A stretch of 64,000 bases of DNA from Patescibacteria group bacterium. GTDB lineage: Bacteria; Patescibacteriota; Minisyncoccia; Phycocordibacterales; Phycocordibacteraceae. The notes beneath the pieces are model-generated. The model was not told the origin of the DNA, searched no databases, and saw only the letters and a program-made list of their open reading frames with translations. Shown piece after piece: positions 43,627 through 52,999 of the stretch; position 1 is the first letter of the stretch, and each line of letters opens with the position of its first letter. Made by a program: the position numbers and the translations under genes. The stretch spans positions 289 through 64,288 of the forward strand of contig JAGWYL010000002.1 in the NCBI GenBank assembly GCA_018969385.1, read 5' to 3'.

Positions 43627-44858
43627 TCATAGCGCAACGCGTCGATGGGGTTCAGGTTCGCCGCGCGCCGCGCCGGGTACCAGCCGAAGGCGATGCCGAT
43701 GGCGGCGGAAACGCCGAAGGCGAGCACCACCGAAGAGAGCGTCACCTGCGCGGCCACGATGCCCATCGCGGTCACCGCGTATGCGGCGGACCAGCCGAGC
43801 GCGACGCCCGCCGCGCCGCCGATGAACGTGAGCGCGACGGCTTCGGCGAGGAACTGCCGGTTTATGTCCGCCTTCGTCGCGCCGATGGCCTTCCGGAGCC
43901 CGATCTCGCGCATGCGCTCCGTCACGTTCGTGAGCATCATGTTCATGATGCCGATGCCGCCGACGAGGAGCGAGATGCCGGCGACGGCCGCAAGGAGCGT
44001 GGTGAACGTTCCGGTCACGCTCGAAGCCGCGGAGACCAGGTCCTGCTGATTGAGGATGCTGAAGTCAGCTTTCGCGGGGTCGCTCACCCCGTGGCGGGAA
44101 AGCAGGAGCGCGGTGACGTCGCTTTGCACCTGCGACATCGACTGCTGCGTCGCCGCCTGTATGTCTATCGTCGAGAGGAACTGATTGCCCGTTCCGGCGA
44201 AATACTGGAGCGCGGTCCCGAGCGGTATGAATATCTCGTTGTCCTGGCTGCCGAAGCCCGAACCGCCCTTCGTCGCCATGAGGCCGATGACGGTGAACTG
44301 CATGTTGTTCACGCGGATGTTTTTTCCGACCAGGTTCGTGGAGGTGGCGTCCGTACCGAAGAGGTCGGTGGCGACCGTGGAGCCGATGACGGCGACTTTC
44401 GAAAGGGAGAGCGACTGGCTGTCCGTGATGAACGCTCCTTGGTCCATGGAAATGTTCCGGATGCCCGCATAGCTCCCGTTCACGCCGTCGACGGTGGTGT
44501 TCGTATTCGCGCCGGCGACGGTGACCTGGTAGCGGGAGGAGTATTCGCCGGAAACCGCCGCGACGTTCGCGACGCCCATGATGGCGGTCTCGTCGCCCGG
44601 CGTAAGCGACTTCGCGGAGCCGCGGCCGCTTGAAGCGCCGAAACCTATCATGCGCACCGCGCCGGGCATCACCTCGAGCAGGTTCGAACCGAGCGAGTCT
44701 ATCGAGGCGGAGATGGAGTTCTGCGCGCCCTGGCCTATGGCGGTGAGCGCGATGACCGACGCGATGCCGATGACGATGCCGAGTATGGTGAGGCCCGAGC
44801 GGGTCTTGTTCGCGGAAAGCGCCGCGTGGGTCTCTTCGAAGAGGTCGCGCGTGGTCAT
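43623..44858 (-). CDS. ABC transporter permease, FtsX/MacB-type
   Basis: 4 TM helices with a large periplasmic loop; start moved to the ATG (MTTRDL) 4 nt after the ATPase stop. Confidence 0.85.
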   Translation of the reverse strand: MTTRDLFEETHAALSANKTRSGLTILGIVIGIASVIALTAIGQGAQNSISASIDSLGSNLLEVMPGAVRMIGFGASSGRGSAKSLTPGDETAIMGVANVAAVSGEYSSRYQVTVAGANTNTTVDGVNGSYAGIRNISMDQGAFITDSQSLSLSKVAVIGSTVATDLFGTDATSTNLVGKNIRVNNMQFTVIGLMATKGGSGFGSQDNEIFIPLGTALQYFAGTGNQFLSTIDIQAATQQSMSQVQSDVTALLLSRHGVSDPAKADFSILNQQDLVSAASSVTGTFTTLLAAVAGISLLVGGIGIMNMMLTNVTERMREIGLRKAIGATKADINRQFLAEAVALTFIGGAAGVALGWSAAYAVTAMGIVAAQVTLSSVVLAFGVSAAIGIAFGWYPARRAANLNPIDALRYE

Positions 44859-44862
44859 ACGG

Positions 44863-45597
44863 TCATACGGTGGCGTCGTCGTAGAGCGCGGTTTCCCGCG
44901 TCGCGTCGCGCGGCGCGGGATTCTTCTCGTCGGAGATGATGCGGCCGTCCTTGAGCCGTATGATGCGGCCCGCGTGTAGGGCGATATCCGGCTCATGCGT
45001 GATGAGCACGATGGTGCGTCCGTGCGTACGGTTCAGCGTCTGGAGCGTACCGAGGACGACGAGGCTCGTCTTGCTATCGAGGTTGCCCGTCGGTTCGTCC
45101 GCGAGGATGAGCGCGGGGTCGTTCACCAAAGCGCGCGCGATGGCGACGCGCTGGATCTGGCCCCCTGAAAGCTGGTTCGAGAGGTGGCCGAAATGGTCTT
45201 CGGGGAGTCCGGCTGCGAGAAGCGCGGCGGTCGCGCGCTTCTCGCGCTCATGCGGCTCGACATCCGCATACACGAGCGGCAGGACGACATTCCGGAGCAC
45301 GGTGGTGCGCGGGAGGAGATTGAAAGCCTGGAAGACGAATCCTATCTTGTCCTTGCGGATTTCCGCGAGCTCGTCGTCCGTCATCGTCGAGACGTCCCGG
45401 CCGTCGAGCACGTACGTGCCCGAGGTCGGCGTATCGAGGCAGCCGACGATGTGCATCAGGGTCGACTTGCCGCTTCCGGAAGGGCCCATGATGGCGACGA
45501 ATTCGCCCTCGTCGACCGAGAAGCTGATGCCCTTGAGCGCGGTGTACGCCTCGGGTCCCGATCCGTACGTCTTCTCGATATCCTTGAGCTCTATCAT
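44863..45597 (-). CDS. ABC transporter ATP-binding protein (MacB/LolD-type)
   Basis: Walker A GPSGSGKST, signature LSGGQIQRVAIARAL, Walker B ILADEPTGNLD. Confidence 0.9.
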   Translation of the reverse strand: MIELKDIEKTYGSGPEAYTALKGISFSVDEGEFVAIMGPSGSGKSTLMHIVGCLDTPTSGTYVLDGRDVSTMTDDELAEIRKDKIGFVFQAFNLLPRTTVLRNVVLPLVYADVEPHEREKRATAALLAAGLPEDHFGHLSNQLSGGQIQRVAIARALVNDPALILADEPTGNLDSKTSLVVLGTLQTLNRTHGRTIVLITHEPDIALHAGRIIRLKDGRIISDEKNPAPRDATRETALYDDATV

Positions 45598-45602
45598 GAC
45601 GG

Positions 45603-47414
45603 TTATCCGCCGACGGCGCGGAACACCGCTCCGCCGCCGCCCGCGCGCACCGCGCCGCCGCGGGCGCCGGCGGCGTTGAAGATGGACGGCGCTGCCGATG
45701 CGGACGTTTGCGCCGTCCCCGCTATTGTCGAGGTCACCACCTGCTCGCCGGCCGAAAGCCCGGCGGTGATGAGGGTCTCGGTATTGTCGGTAAGGCCGGC
45801 GGTCACCATGACGCGCGAAGGCGGAACCGGACTCTCCGCGCCGCCCGGCGCAAAACTTCCGGAAAGCGGGGGAGTGAAGACCTCCACGTAACTCTGCGTG
45901 CCCGCCGTCTTCACCGCGCTTGCCGGGACGACGAGTCCCGTCCCGCTATCGACGATGACGTTCGCGGTCGCGCTCATGCCGGGCTTCACCGCCGCATTCG
46001 CCGTGTCGAAAGTGATGGTCGCATCGTAGGAGACCACGCCCTGCGAGACGGTGCCGAGCGTGTCTATCTCGCTTACCGTGCCCGCGAGCGTCACGCCGGG
46101 AAGCGCGTCGAACGTGACCGTCGCCTTCTGTCCCGTCTTGAGCTTCGACGCGTCCACCTCGTTCACGGATATCGTGAGCGTGTTCTGGTCCGTGATGAGC
46201 GTAGCCATCGTCGTGCCGGACGAAGCTTGGTCGTACACCTTCACGGGAACCGACGCGACGGTGCCGGAGAACGGCGCGACGACCGTGTAGTCAGAAAGAT
46301 TCTGCTTAGCGGTCGTGACCGCTTCCTGCGCTTTCTTGAGCGTGAGCGCCGCGGACTGGAGCGTGAGCGCGTTCGCGCCGCCCTCCGTCATGTCGAGCGT
46401 GTTTTGCGCCACCGCCACCGCTTGCTCCGCGGAAATGATATCCGTCTTCACCGTGAGCGCGTTCGAAAGGTCGGTCGTGACCGTCGCGGTGTAGCCGTTC
46501 ACGGACGTGATGAGCCCCGCGAGTACGGAGGAAGACTGATAGTTGTACAGCGTGTAATCCGTGCTTACGCGGTCGAAAAAGTCATGCGCGTCCTTCACGG
46601 CGTCGGCGACGGTCTCGGTCGCCGCGTAGGTCTGCTGCGCGAGCGTCGTGAGCTCTTCGTCCGTCGCGGAGCGCGGCGTGGCCTTGTACGCCAGGACCGC
46701 CGTATCATATGCGGCGACCGCGGCGTCATAGGACGACTGCGCGGAGGTCTGGAAAGGATTGATGTTCGTATCGTTCGCGGAAACGATGTCCCGGTACGCG
46801 TTGAGGTTCGTCTGGCTCGTGCGGCCGGTCACGTTGTAGCCGTGGAGCACGGTATCAAGGCCATTCAGGACCGTGGCGAGGTCCGTGTAGACGCTCGCGA
46901 TGGAAGCGTACGAGCTGTCGCGGGTCTTGGCGAGCGACGTCTCGGCATTCGTGACGCCGTTTTGCGCCGTGAGCAGGTTGAGCGAAAGCGTCGAGGTAGC
47001 CGTGTCTTGCGCGTACGTAAGTTCCGCGGTCTGCAGCGAAAGTTCCGCGTCGGCAAGCGCCTGCTTCGCGTCGGTCGCGTCGAGCTGCCCGATGACCTGT
47101 CCGGCGCTCACATGCTCTCCGGGCGTGACGTACATCCCGACGATTTCTCCCGACGCCTGCGGCGTAAGCGCGAGTTCGCGCGACGCGCTCACCTGGCCTG
47201 TCTCGGAAAGCGTGGCGACGACCGTGCCCGTGGCGACCGTCGTCGTCACATAGCGCGTCGCCGTTGAAGGCGCGGTCACCATTCCGTACGCAGACCAGCC
47301 GCCCCAGAGCACCGCGACGAGAACGATGCCGCTTACGAGCTTGTGTGCGGCCGCGTATGCGCGAAGCGCGGCGACCTTTGCGCCAAGCGAGGCGCGTAGA
47401 GGAGCGGGTTCCAT
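45603..47414 (-). CDS. HlyD/MacA-family periplasmic adaptor with long coiled-coil region
   Basis: N-terminal membrane anchor, biotinyl-lipoyl-like hairpin (VSAGQVIGQLD), long helical middle, beta-barrel C-terminus. Confidence 0.75.
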   Translation of the reverse strand: MEPAPLRASLGAKVAALRAYAAAHKLVSGIVLVAVLWGGWSAYGMVTAPSTATRYVTTTVATGTVVATLSETGQVSASRELALTPQASGEIVGMYVTPGEHVSAGQVIGQLDATDAKQALADAELSLQTAELTYAQDTATSTLSLNLLTAQNGVTNAETSLAKTRDSSYASIASVYTDLATVLNGLDTVLHGYNVTGRTSQTNLNAYRDIVSANDTNINPFQTSAQSSYDAAVAAYDTAVLAYKATPRSATDEELTTLAQQTYAATETVADAVKDAHDFFDRVSTDYTLYNYQSSSVLAGLITSVNGYTATVTTDLSNALTVKTDIISAEQAVAVAQNTLDMTEGGANALTLQSAALTLKKAQEAVTTAKQNLSDYTVVAPFSGTVASVPVKVYDQASSGTTMATLITDQNTLTISVNEVDASKLKTGQKATVTFDALPGVTLAGTVSEIDTLGTVSQGVVSYDATITFDTANAAVKPGMSATANVIVDSGTGLVVPASAVKTAGTQSYVEVFTPPLSGSFAPGGAESPVPPSRVMVTAGLTDNTETLITAGLSAGEQVVTSTIAGTAQTSASAAPSIFNAAGARGGAVRAGGGGAVFRAVGG

Positions 47415-47527
47415 GGAAGCAAGGGTGGTGAGGGGATAGGTGATAAGGCCGCGGAAGCGGTATGCCTCTTAGTACGCGGTATGGCCGGATTTGTTTGGAG
47501 GACGCGGGCAGGCGGAGGAACGAAAGA

Positions 47528-47569
47528 GCGGCGGCTTCCTTGCACCCGAAGGTGCATGGAAGCCGCCGC
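47528..47569. other. nested hairpin between two minus-strand genes
   Basis: 12-bp stem gcggcggcttcc / ggaagccgccgc enclosing inner stem tgcacc / ggtgca. Confidence 0.4.
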
Positions 47570-47580
47570 ATCGGGACCGC

Positions 47581-47883
47581 CTAGTCGACGAATCCCCATC
47601 GCTGCGCCTTGTAGCCCTTCCCCTTCATGTTCGGAAAGGCGACGAGCACGACGAGGTCGCCCTCTAGCGGCCTGCGGCGCTGCGGCCGGTTCGTTATGTA
47701 CGGCCTGTCGTGCCCTTCTTTCGGCGCTTCGACCACCTTGCAACGGTCGAAGAAGCACTTCACGTCCCGCTCCTCGTCGCGTCCGTTTATCGGACGCACG
47801 AAGCAGAAAGACGAATCTGCGCCCGCGTCGTCGTATATCCTCGCGACCCTTCCGTACGCGAATAGGTACTCGGTGCTGGCCAT
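47581..47883 (-). CDS. hypothetical protein
   Basis: Start moved to internal ATG (MASTEYLFAYGRV); ~100 aa; no motif recognised. Confidence 0.4.
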   Translation of the reverse strand: MASTEYLFAYGRVARIYDDAGADSSFCFVRPINGRDEERDVKCFFDRCKVVEAPKEGHDRPYITNRPQRRRPLEGDLVVLVAFPNMKGKGYKAQRWGFVD

Positions 47884-47987
47884 CGGCGTTCCCTCCGTCA
47901 GGCTGATGAAAAAAGATTCCGTGCGCACACTAGCATACCGCGCGCGCGGAACAAGACGCGCGCGGTGCGCGAAGCGCCCGTCCGGAC

Positions 47988-49796
47988 TCACTCGCTCGCC
48001 GTGAGCATGTACCGCTTGATGTCTTCGAAGGTGCCGCCGACTTTCTTGCCGGGGTTGAGGATGTTCTCGGGATCGAACGCCTTCTTCACTTCTTCGAACA
48101 GCGCGACCATCTCCGCGCCGAAGAGCATGGGGAGGTACGGCGTGCGGATGATGCCGTCATTATGCTCGCCGGTCGTCGTGCCGCCGTACTTGATGACGAG
48201 CTCGTAGACTTTCGGCGCGAGTTCGAGGATGGTCTCGCGGGAAATGGGCTTCGAGAGGTCCATGAGCGGGATGATGTGGAAGTTCCCGTTGCCGATGTGG
48301 CCGGCGATGGTGTAGATGAAGCGGTCCTGATACTGCGCAAGGAGCGCGGATAGTTCCGGCAGGAATTTCGGGTATGACGCAGGCGGCACGACGAAGTCGT
48401 CGATGAAGGGGGAGGCGTAGTAGCCGTGGAGCGACTTGCGCAGGAGCGCGAAGCTCTCGCGCCGGACTATCCAATATTTCTCGCTCTCGGCCTCATTTTT
48501 CTCTATCTTCGTCTCGAGATGGAACTCGGCGAGCGCGTCCTGCGCCGCCTTCGCCTTCGCGTCCGCTTCTTCGATGGTGTTCTCCGCGAACTCGGCCATG
48601 AGGATGAGCTTCGGCACGCCGCCTACGAGCACCGTTTCCACTTCCGGCAAGAACTCGATGCCGAGGTGCACGGCCTTCGCGAGCCCCATCTGCTTGAGGA
48701 GGTCGAAGAGGAACCGCGTCGCGAACGTGAAGGTCTTGTCGTCGTAGCTTTCGAACGATTCGGGATTGAGCGGCAGCACCTTCGCGACGATGTCCGGCAA
48801 CGGCGCGAGGTCATGGAGGAAGATGACGAGCATGGCGCGGTGCGGCTTGTCCTTCACGAGCCCGAGCCGCGCGCGCGTCCACAGCGCGAGCGTGCCCTGG
48901 CTGCCGCAGATGAGCTTCGCGAGGTTCACGCCGCCGTCCGGCGTGCGCACGTTCCAGAGCGCGTAGCCCGCGGAGTTCTTCGAAACCTCCGGCTTCTTTT
49001 CGGCGATAAGGTCGGCGTTCTTCGTGATGACCTCATCGACCGTGCGATAGATGGAACCTTCGAGCGTCTCGAGTTTCTTCTTCTCGTCGAGCTCGGCGCT
49101 CGTGAGCGCTTTGAATGTCGCCTTCGAGCCGTCCGAAAGCACGACCTCCATCTCCTCTATATAGTCTTCCGTCTTGCCGTACTCGAGCGTGCGCTCGCCG
49201 CCGGAATTATTCGCGACGATGCCGCCCATGGCGCAGAGCTCGCGGCTTGCGGGGTAGGAGGGGAGTATGAGGTCCTGCTTGAGGGTCTCCTTCTCGAAGT
49301 CGCGGTAGAAGACGCCGGGTTCCGTGATGGCGTATCCGGCGACATGCGCGCTTTGCAGTCCGTTCGCGTTCAAAGCGGAACTCGTTTCAATACCGGCTCG
49401 CGGTGCATGGTTCGGAAGAAGCCCATTCAAGTCTTCCGAACCATGCACTCCCTCGCCGGAAGTTTTGAAATGAGTTCCGTCGGCAGCGCCGACCTCGCCC
49501 ATGTGATTCATATATCTGGTGAATGAGATGACGACGCCGTCCGTGAGCGGGCCGCCGGACATGTCCGTGCCGGCCGAGCGCGCGGCGAGCGCTACCTGCG
49601 CGCCGCCCTCCCGGGCGGCGCGCACCACCCTTACCGCCGCCGCCACGTCATCCGCATCCTTCGGAAATACCACCAGCTTCGGCATCCGCATGAAAAGGGA
49701 CGTGTCCCTGCTCGCCTTCGCGAGGTCCTCCGGCGCGTCCGACACGTCGCCTTTCACTACGTCTGTCAATCTCGATTTCAGTTCTTGTACATCCAT
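47988..49796 (-). CDS. FAD-linked oxidase (GlcD / D-lactate dehydrogenase family) carrying an in-frame 34-codon palindromic-element insertion
   Basis: FAD-binding PCMH region (FPKDADDVAAAVRVV...GTDMSGG) and C-terminal FAD-oxidase domain (HIGNGNFHI). Continuous 602-aa ORF spans element E4. Confidence 0.85.
   Translation of the reverse strand: MDVQELKSRLTDVVKGDVSDAPEDLAKASRDTSLFMRMPKLVVFPKDADDVAAAVRVVRAAREGGAQVALAARSAGTDMSGGPLTDGVVISFTRYMNHMGEVGAADGTHFKTSGEGVHGSEDLNGLLPNHAPRAGIETSSALNANGLQSAHVAGYAITEPGVFYRDFEKETLKQDLILPSYPASRELCAMGGIVANNSGGERTLEYGKTEDYIEEMEVVLSDGSKATFKALTSAELDEKKKLETLEGSIYRTVDEVITKNADLIAEKKPEVSKNSAGYALWNVRTPDGGVNLAKLICGSQGTLALWTRARLGLVKDKPHRAMLVIFLHDLAPLPDIVAKVLPLNPESFESYDDKTFTFATRFLFDLLKQMGLAKAVHLGIEFLPEVETVLVGGVPKLILMAEFAENTIEEADAKAKAAQDALAEFHLETKIEKNEAESEKYWIVRRESFALLRKSLHGYYASPFIDDFVVPPASYPKFLPELSALLAQYQDRFIYTIAGHIGNGNFHIIPLMDLSKPISRETILELAPKVYELVIKYGGTTTGEHNDGIIRTPYLPMLFGAEMVALFEEVKKAFDPENILNPGKKVGGTFEDIKRYMLTASE
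49377..49478. repeat. palindromic MITE/REP-like element, copy E4, inserted in frame within the FAD-linked oxidase CDS
   Basis: gaactcgtttcaataccggctcgcggtgcatggttcggaaga...tcttccgaaccatgcactccctcgccggaagttttgaaatgagttc. 102 nt; the minus strand reads GTHFKTSGEGVHGSEDLNGLLPNHAPRAGIETSS with no stop. Confidence 0.8.
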
Positions 49797-50044
49797 GGAG
49801 CCAGTATACCCCTTACGCTACGCTATACTGAGTGCATAGTATGCCGTTCTCCGAACGACCGGCAAGGCAGAGCGATATTCCTTGGTTCTTTTCTTGCGCG
49901 TCCTCGCTCGCCATACTCGCGGCTAAGGAAGTGCGCTTGAGCGAGAGTTCGACCGACGGTTCTCATCTAGAGCTCATGCCGAGAGACCCTGCGCCTCAAG
50001 GACCGGAAACGACGGAACCAGGCCCCTTGCCCGAGCCTTCGCAC

Positions 50045-50078
50045 CTGCCGTGACGGATTTGCATTGGTATAGAATAGG
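50045..50078 (+). promoter_or_regulatory. candidate promoter with TGGTATAGA extended -10 giving a near-leaderless transcript for the 50082 gene
   Basis: gtgacg...TTGCAT...TGGTATAGAAT ends ~6-10 nt before the ATG. Confidence 0.3.
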
Positions 50079-50081
50079 AAT

Positions 50082-50786
50082 ATGAGTACGAACGAGAACC
50101 TCACTAGGCAGGTGATTGCGGGTATAGGGGCGCTCCTCCTCGTGCTTATAATCTTTGTCTGGGCCGCGGATGCGAATATGCGTAAGACAGCGACGCCGGC
50201 GTCGCCGACGACGACGCCCGAGGGTGCCTACGGAGGACAGACCGTCACCACGCCGGGCGGCATCACGTTCGCCTATGGCGGTTCGTACGGGCTTGCGGTG
50301 ACCGAAGACCAGGTGCTCACGAAGGCGTACATTCCCCCGTGCGACCCCGGGTTCGACTACTGCCTCTACCGAACCGGCGAGGCCTATGCGAATACGAATT
50401 TCGAAAGCGCGGGACTGCGCATCGAAGAGCGCAAGGACCTGACGACGGAAAGCGCCTGCCTTAGCACGCCGCCAGCGGGCTATGCGGATTTCACGCCGAC
50501 CATACAGACGCACAGCGACTATTCGACGAGCGTTTTCTCGCCGCTCGGCGACGCGGGCGCGGGACACTATGCGCAGGGCGCGCTCTACCGGCTCTATTTC
50601 GGTACGACCTGCTACGAATTCGAGACGCGCATCGGGCAGACGCAGTTCGCGAACTATCCGCCGGGCGCGATACAGGAGTTCACGAAGGACGACCTCGCCG
50701 CCGTTTCCGCGGAACTCGCGGGCATGCTGGATTCCGTGACCATAGCCGCCACCGGCGAGCGCGTCGCGTTTCCTGAAACTCCGTAA
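50082..50786 (+). CDS. hypothetical exported protein (N-terminal signal anchor)
   Basis: TM/signal segment VIAGIGALLLVLIIFVWA; Thr/Pro-rich linker; Cys-containing globular part. Confidence 0.55.
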   Translation: MSTNENLTRQVIAGIGALLLVLIIFVWAADANMRKTATPASPTTTPEGAYGGQTVTTPGGITFAYGGSYGLAVTEDQVLTKAYIPPCDPGFDYCLYRTGEAYANTNFESAGLRIEERKDLTTESACLSTPPAGYADFTPTIQTHSDYSTSVFSPLGDAGAGHYAQGALYRLYFGTTCYEFETRIGQTQFANYPPGAIQEFTKDDLAAVSAELAGMLDSVTIAATGERVAFPETP

Positions 50787-50809
50787 GCCTTCGCGCGGTT
50801 ATTCCCGGT

Positions 50810-51430
50810 ATGAGGAATAGTAATCGCGCTTCGCGCGTCCTGTGGAAATTCCTGCCGCTTGCGCTTATCGCCACGGGCGCGGTGGGATACGCGATGCTCG
50901 CAACGCAGCAGGTATACCGGCAATCCCTGAACGACCCGCAGGTTGAGATGGCGGAAGACGCCGCCGCATACCTCGCGAAAGACTACGCGCCCGCCGCGCT
51001 CTTCACGCGCGGCGCGGCACCGGTGGACATTTCCACGAGCCTCGCGCCGTGGCTCGCCGTGTATGACGCTTCCGGCACGCCGCTCGAATCGGACGGCGTC
51101 TACCAGGGCGCGCCGCCGCGGCTTCCGCAGGGCGTCTTCGATACGTCGAAGTGGAACGCGCGCATCATCGGGCATCACATGAACAATGCGCCCGCGAATG
51201 AAAACCGTTTCAGCTGGCAGACCGCCTCCGGCGTGCGGGAAGCGGTAGTGCTCGTCGCGTTCACGGATGCGAACGGGAATCCCGCGTACGTCGCCGCGGG
51301 CCGCAACATGCGCGAAGCGGAAAATAGGGAAGCGGCGGTGCAAGCGCTCGGATTCGCGGCGCTTGGCGCCATCCTCATCGCGCTCCTTGCGCTCCTCACC
51401 GTCCTCGATTTCATCCGTCACCGCGCCTAA
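50810..51430 (+). CDS. hypothetical membrane protein (N- and C-terminal TM helices)
   Basis: Hydrophobic segments at both ends flanking a ~140-aa extracytoplasmic domain. Confidence 0.5.
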   Translation: MRNSNRASRVLWKFLPLALIATGAVGYAMLATQQVYRQSLNDPQVEMAEDAAAYLAKDYAPAALFTRGAAPVDISTSLAPWLAVYDASGTPLESDGVYQGAPPRLPQGVFDTSKWNARIIGHHMNNAPANENRFSWQTASGVREAVVLVAFTDANGNPAYVAAGRNMREAENREAAVQALGFAALGAILIALLALLTVLDFIRHRA

Positions 51431-51458
51431 GGCAGCCGCGGCGCGGTATACTTTCCCG

Positions 51459-52244
51459 ATGACCGACGCGTTCGCCGCGAAAGTGTTCGCTATCGTGCGC
51501 GGCACGCGCGCGCTTTCCTTGCCGCAGTGGGGAACCGCTGCCGTGAAGGAGAAGAAGGGCGAGCGCGGGGACAGCATCGTTACGGAAGCCGACCTTGCCG
51601 TCGAGCGGCAGCTTGCGGACGAGCTCGGCAAGCTGGATTCAGGCGTCAGCTTCGCGGGCGAAGAGTACGGCGGCAGCCGGGACGCGGCGCGGCTCTGGCT
51701 CGCGGACCCTATCGACGGAACCGCGCACTACGCGCGCGGCCTGCCATTCTGCACAACCATGCTCGCGTACATCGAGGACGGGGAAGTGCGGCTCGCCGCG
51801 ATATACGATTTCCTGAACGACGCGCTCTACCACGCGGTCAAGGGCGGCGGCGCTTTCCGGAACGGCGAACCTATCCGCGTCTCCGAACGGCCGTACGACA
51901 GCGCATACGTGGGATGGGAATCGCATCTCGCGAAACCGGAAAACCTCGCCCGCTATTTCGCGATGTTCGGACGGGCGCTTCCGTTCAAGACCATCTGCGC
52001 GGGTTACGAATTCGCGCTCATCGCTTCGGGAAAGCTCGAGGGCCGCGTGCAGTTCGACCCGCACGGGAAAGATTATGACTTCGCGCCCGGCTCGCTCCTG
52101 GTAAAGGAAGCGGGCGGCGTCGTCGCGAATCTGGGGAAGCGCACGTACGACTATCGCGAACTCGATTTCATCGCCGCGAACCCGCACGTTTTCGCCGCGC
52201 TTACCGAAGGCGCGGACGCTGCGTTTCCGATAACGGAAGGCTAG
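51459..52244 (+). CDS. inositol monophosphatase family protein (SuhB/IMPase-like)
   Basis: Metal-binding motifs FAGEE..., WLADPIDGT and WDFAPG-like region; start moved to internal ATG (MTDAF). Confidence 0.85.
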   Translation: MTDAFAAKVFAIVRGTRALSLPQWGTAAVKEKKGERGDSIVTEADLAVERQLADELGKLDSGVSFAGEEYGGSRDAARLWLADPIDGTAHYARGLPFCTTMLAYIEDGEVRLAAIYDFLNDALYHAVKGGGAFRNGEPIRVSERPYDSAYVGWESHLAKPENLARYFAMFGRALPFKTICAGYEFALIASGKLEGRVQFDPHGKDYDFAPGSLLVKEAGGVVANLGKRTYDYRELDFIAANPHVFAALTEGADAAFPITEG

Positions 52245-52297
52245 GAGCGCGGTAAGGGCCGCGCAGGTCCCGAACCGCCATTTGCTATACTGGACGC

Positions 52298-52864
52298 ATG
52301 AAAGCATACGTCGTCGCCGGTCTCGTCGCGGCCGTCATCATCGGCGGCGCGGCGGGCTACCTCCTCGTTCGCGCGAATCCGCCGGCCGCGGGAGGAACCG
52401 CCACCTCGACCGATGCAGGCGCGCCCGTAGCCGGAGCGGGCGAGCACTGCGGCGGATTCATCCGGAATGCGCCCGTCTGCGCCGCGGGCTTCCACTGCGA
52501 GCTTGCCGCTCTCCGACCGGACACCGGCGGAACCTGCGTCGCGGATACGGCTACGTCGACTACGGGCGTGAACGGAACCGTCCTACTTGGACCGACCTGT
52601 CCGGTCGAGCGTTTTCCGCCCGACCCTGCGTGCGCGCCGAAACCGTATCCGTCCACCGTGCGCGTGTACCGCGCGGGGTTGACGGACGCATTCGCGTTCA
52701 CGATGTCCGCCGATGGCACGTATTCGTTCCCGCTTCCGCCCGGAACGTACACGCTCACTGCGACGGGCGGAAATCCGTATCCGCGCTGTACGGAGGCGAG
52801 CGTAGAGGTGCCGGAAAGCGGCTACGTCACGGCGAATATCTCCTGCGATAGCGGCATCCGCTAG
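52298..52864 (+). CDS. secreted Cys-rich protein with C-terminal carboxypeptidase-regulatory-like beta domain
   Basis: Signal/TM anchor then CGGFIRNAPVCAAGFHCE, TCVAD, CPVERFPPDPAC; C-terminal YSFPLPPGTYTLTATG. Confidence 0.55.
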   Translation: MKAYVVAGLVAAVIIGGAAGYLLVRANPPAAGGTATSTDAGAPVAGAGEHCGGFIRNAPVCAAGFHCELAALRPDTGGTCVADTATSTTGVNGTVLLGPTCPVERFPPDPACAPKPYPSTVRVYRAGLTDAFAFTMSADGTYSFPLPPGTYTLTATGGNPYPRCTEASVEVPESGYVTANISCDSGIR

Positions 52865-52999
52865 GGATGCGTCCGCAGAAAACGGAAAGGGAAATATCCG
52901 TGCCCGCATGAACGGACGGCGAACGCCTGCGCTGCAAGCGACTGCTCGGATTTCGCCTCATATTTTTTTCATGTTCGCGCGGGCATGTATAATCGGCGG

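Noticed and set aside
47988-49796. FAD oxidase as a pseudogene disrupted by the element
   Set aside because: The element is exactly 34 codons, stop-free and in frame, and conserved motifs occur on both sides. An intact gene with an insertion is the simpler reading.
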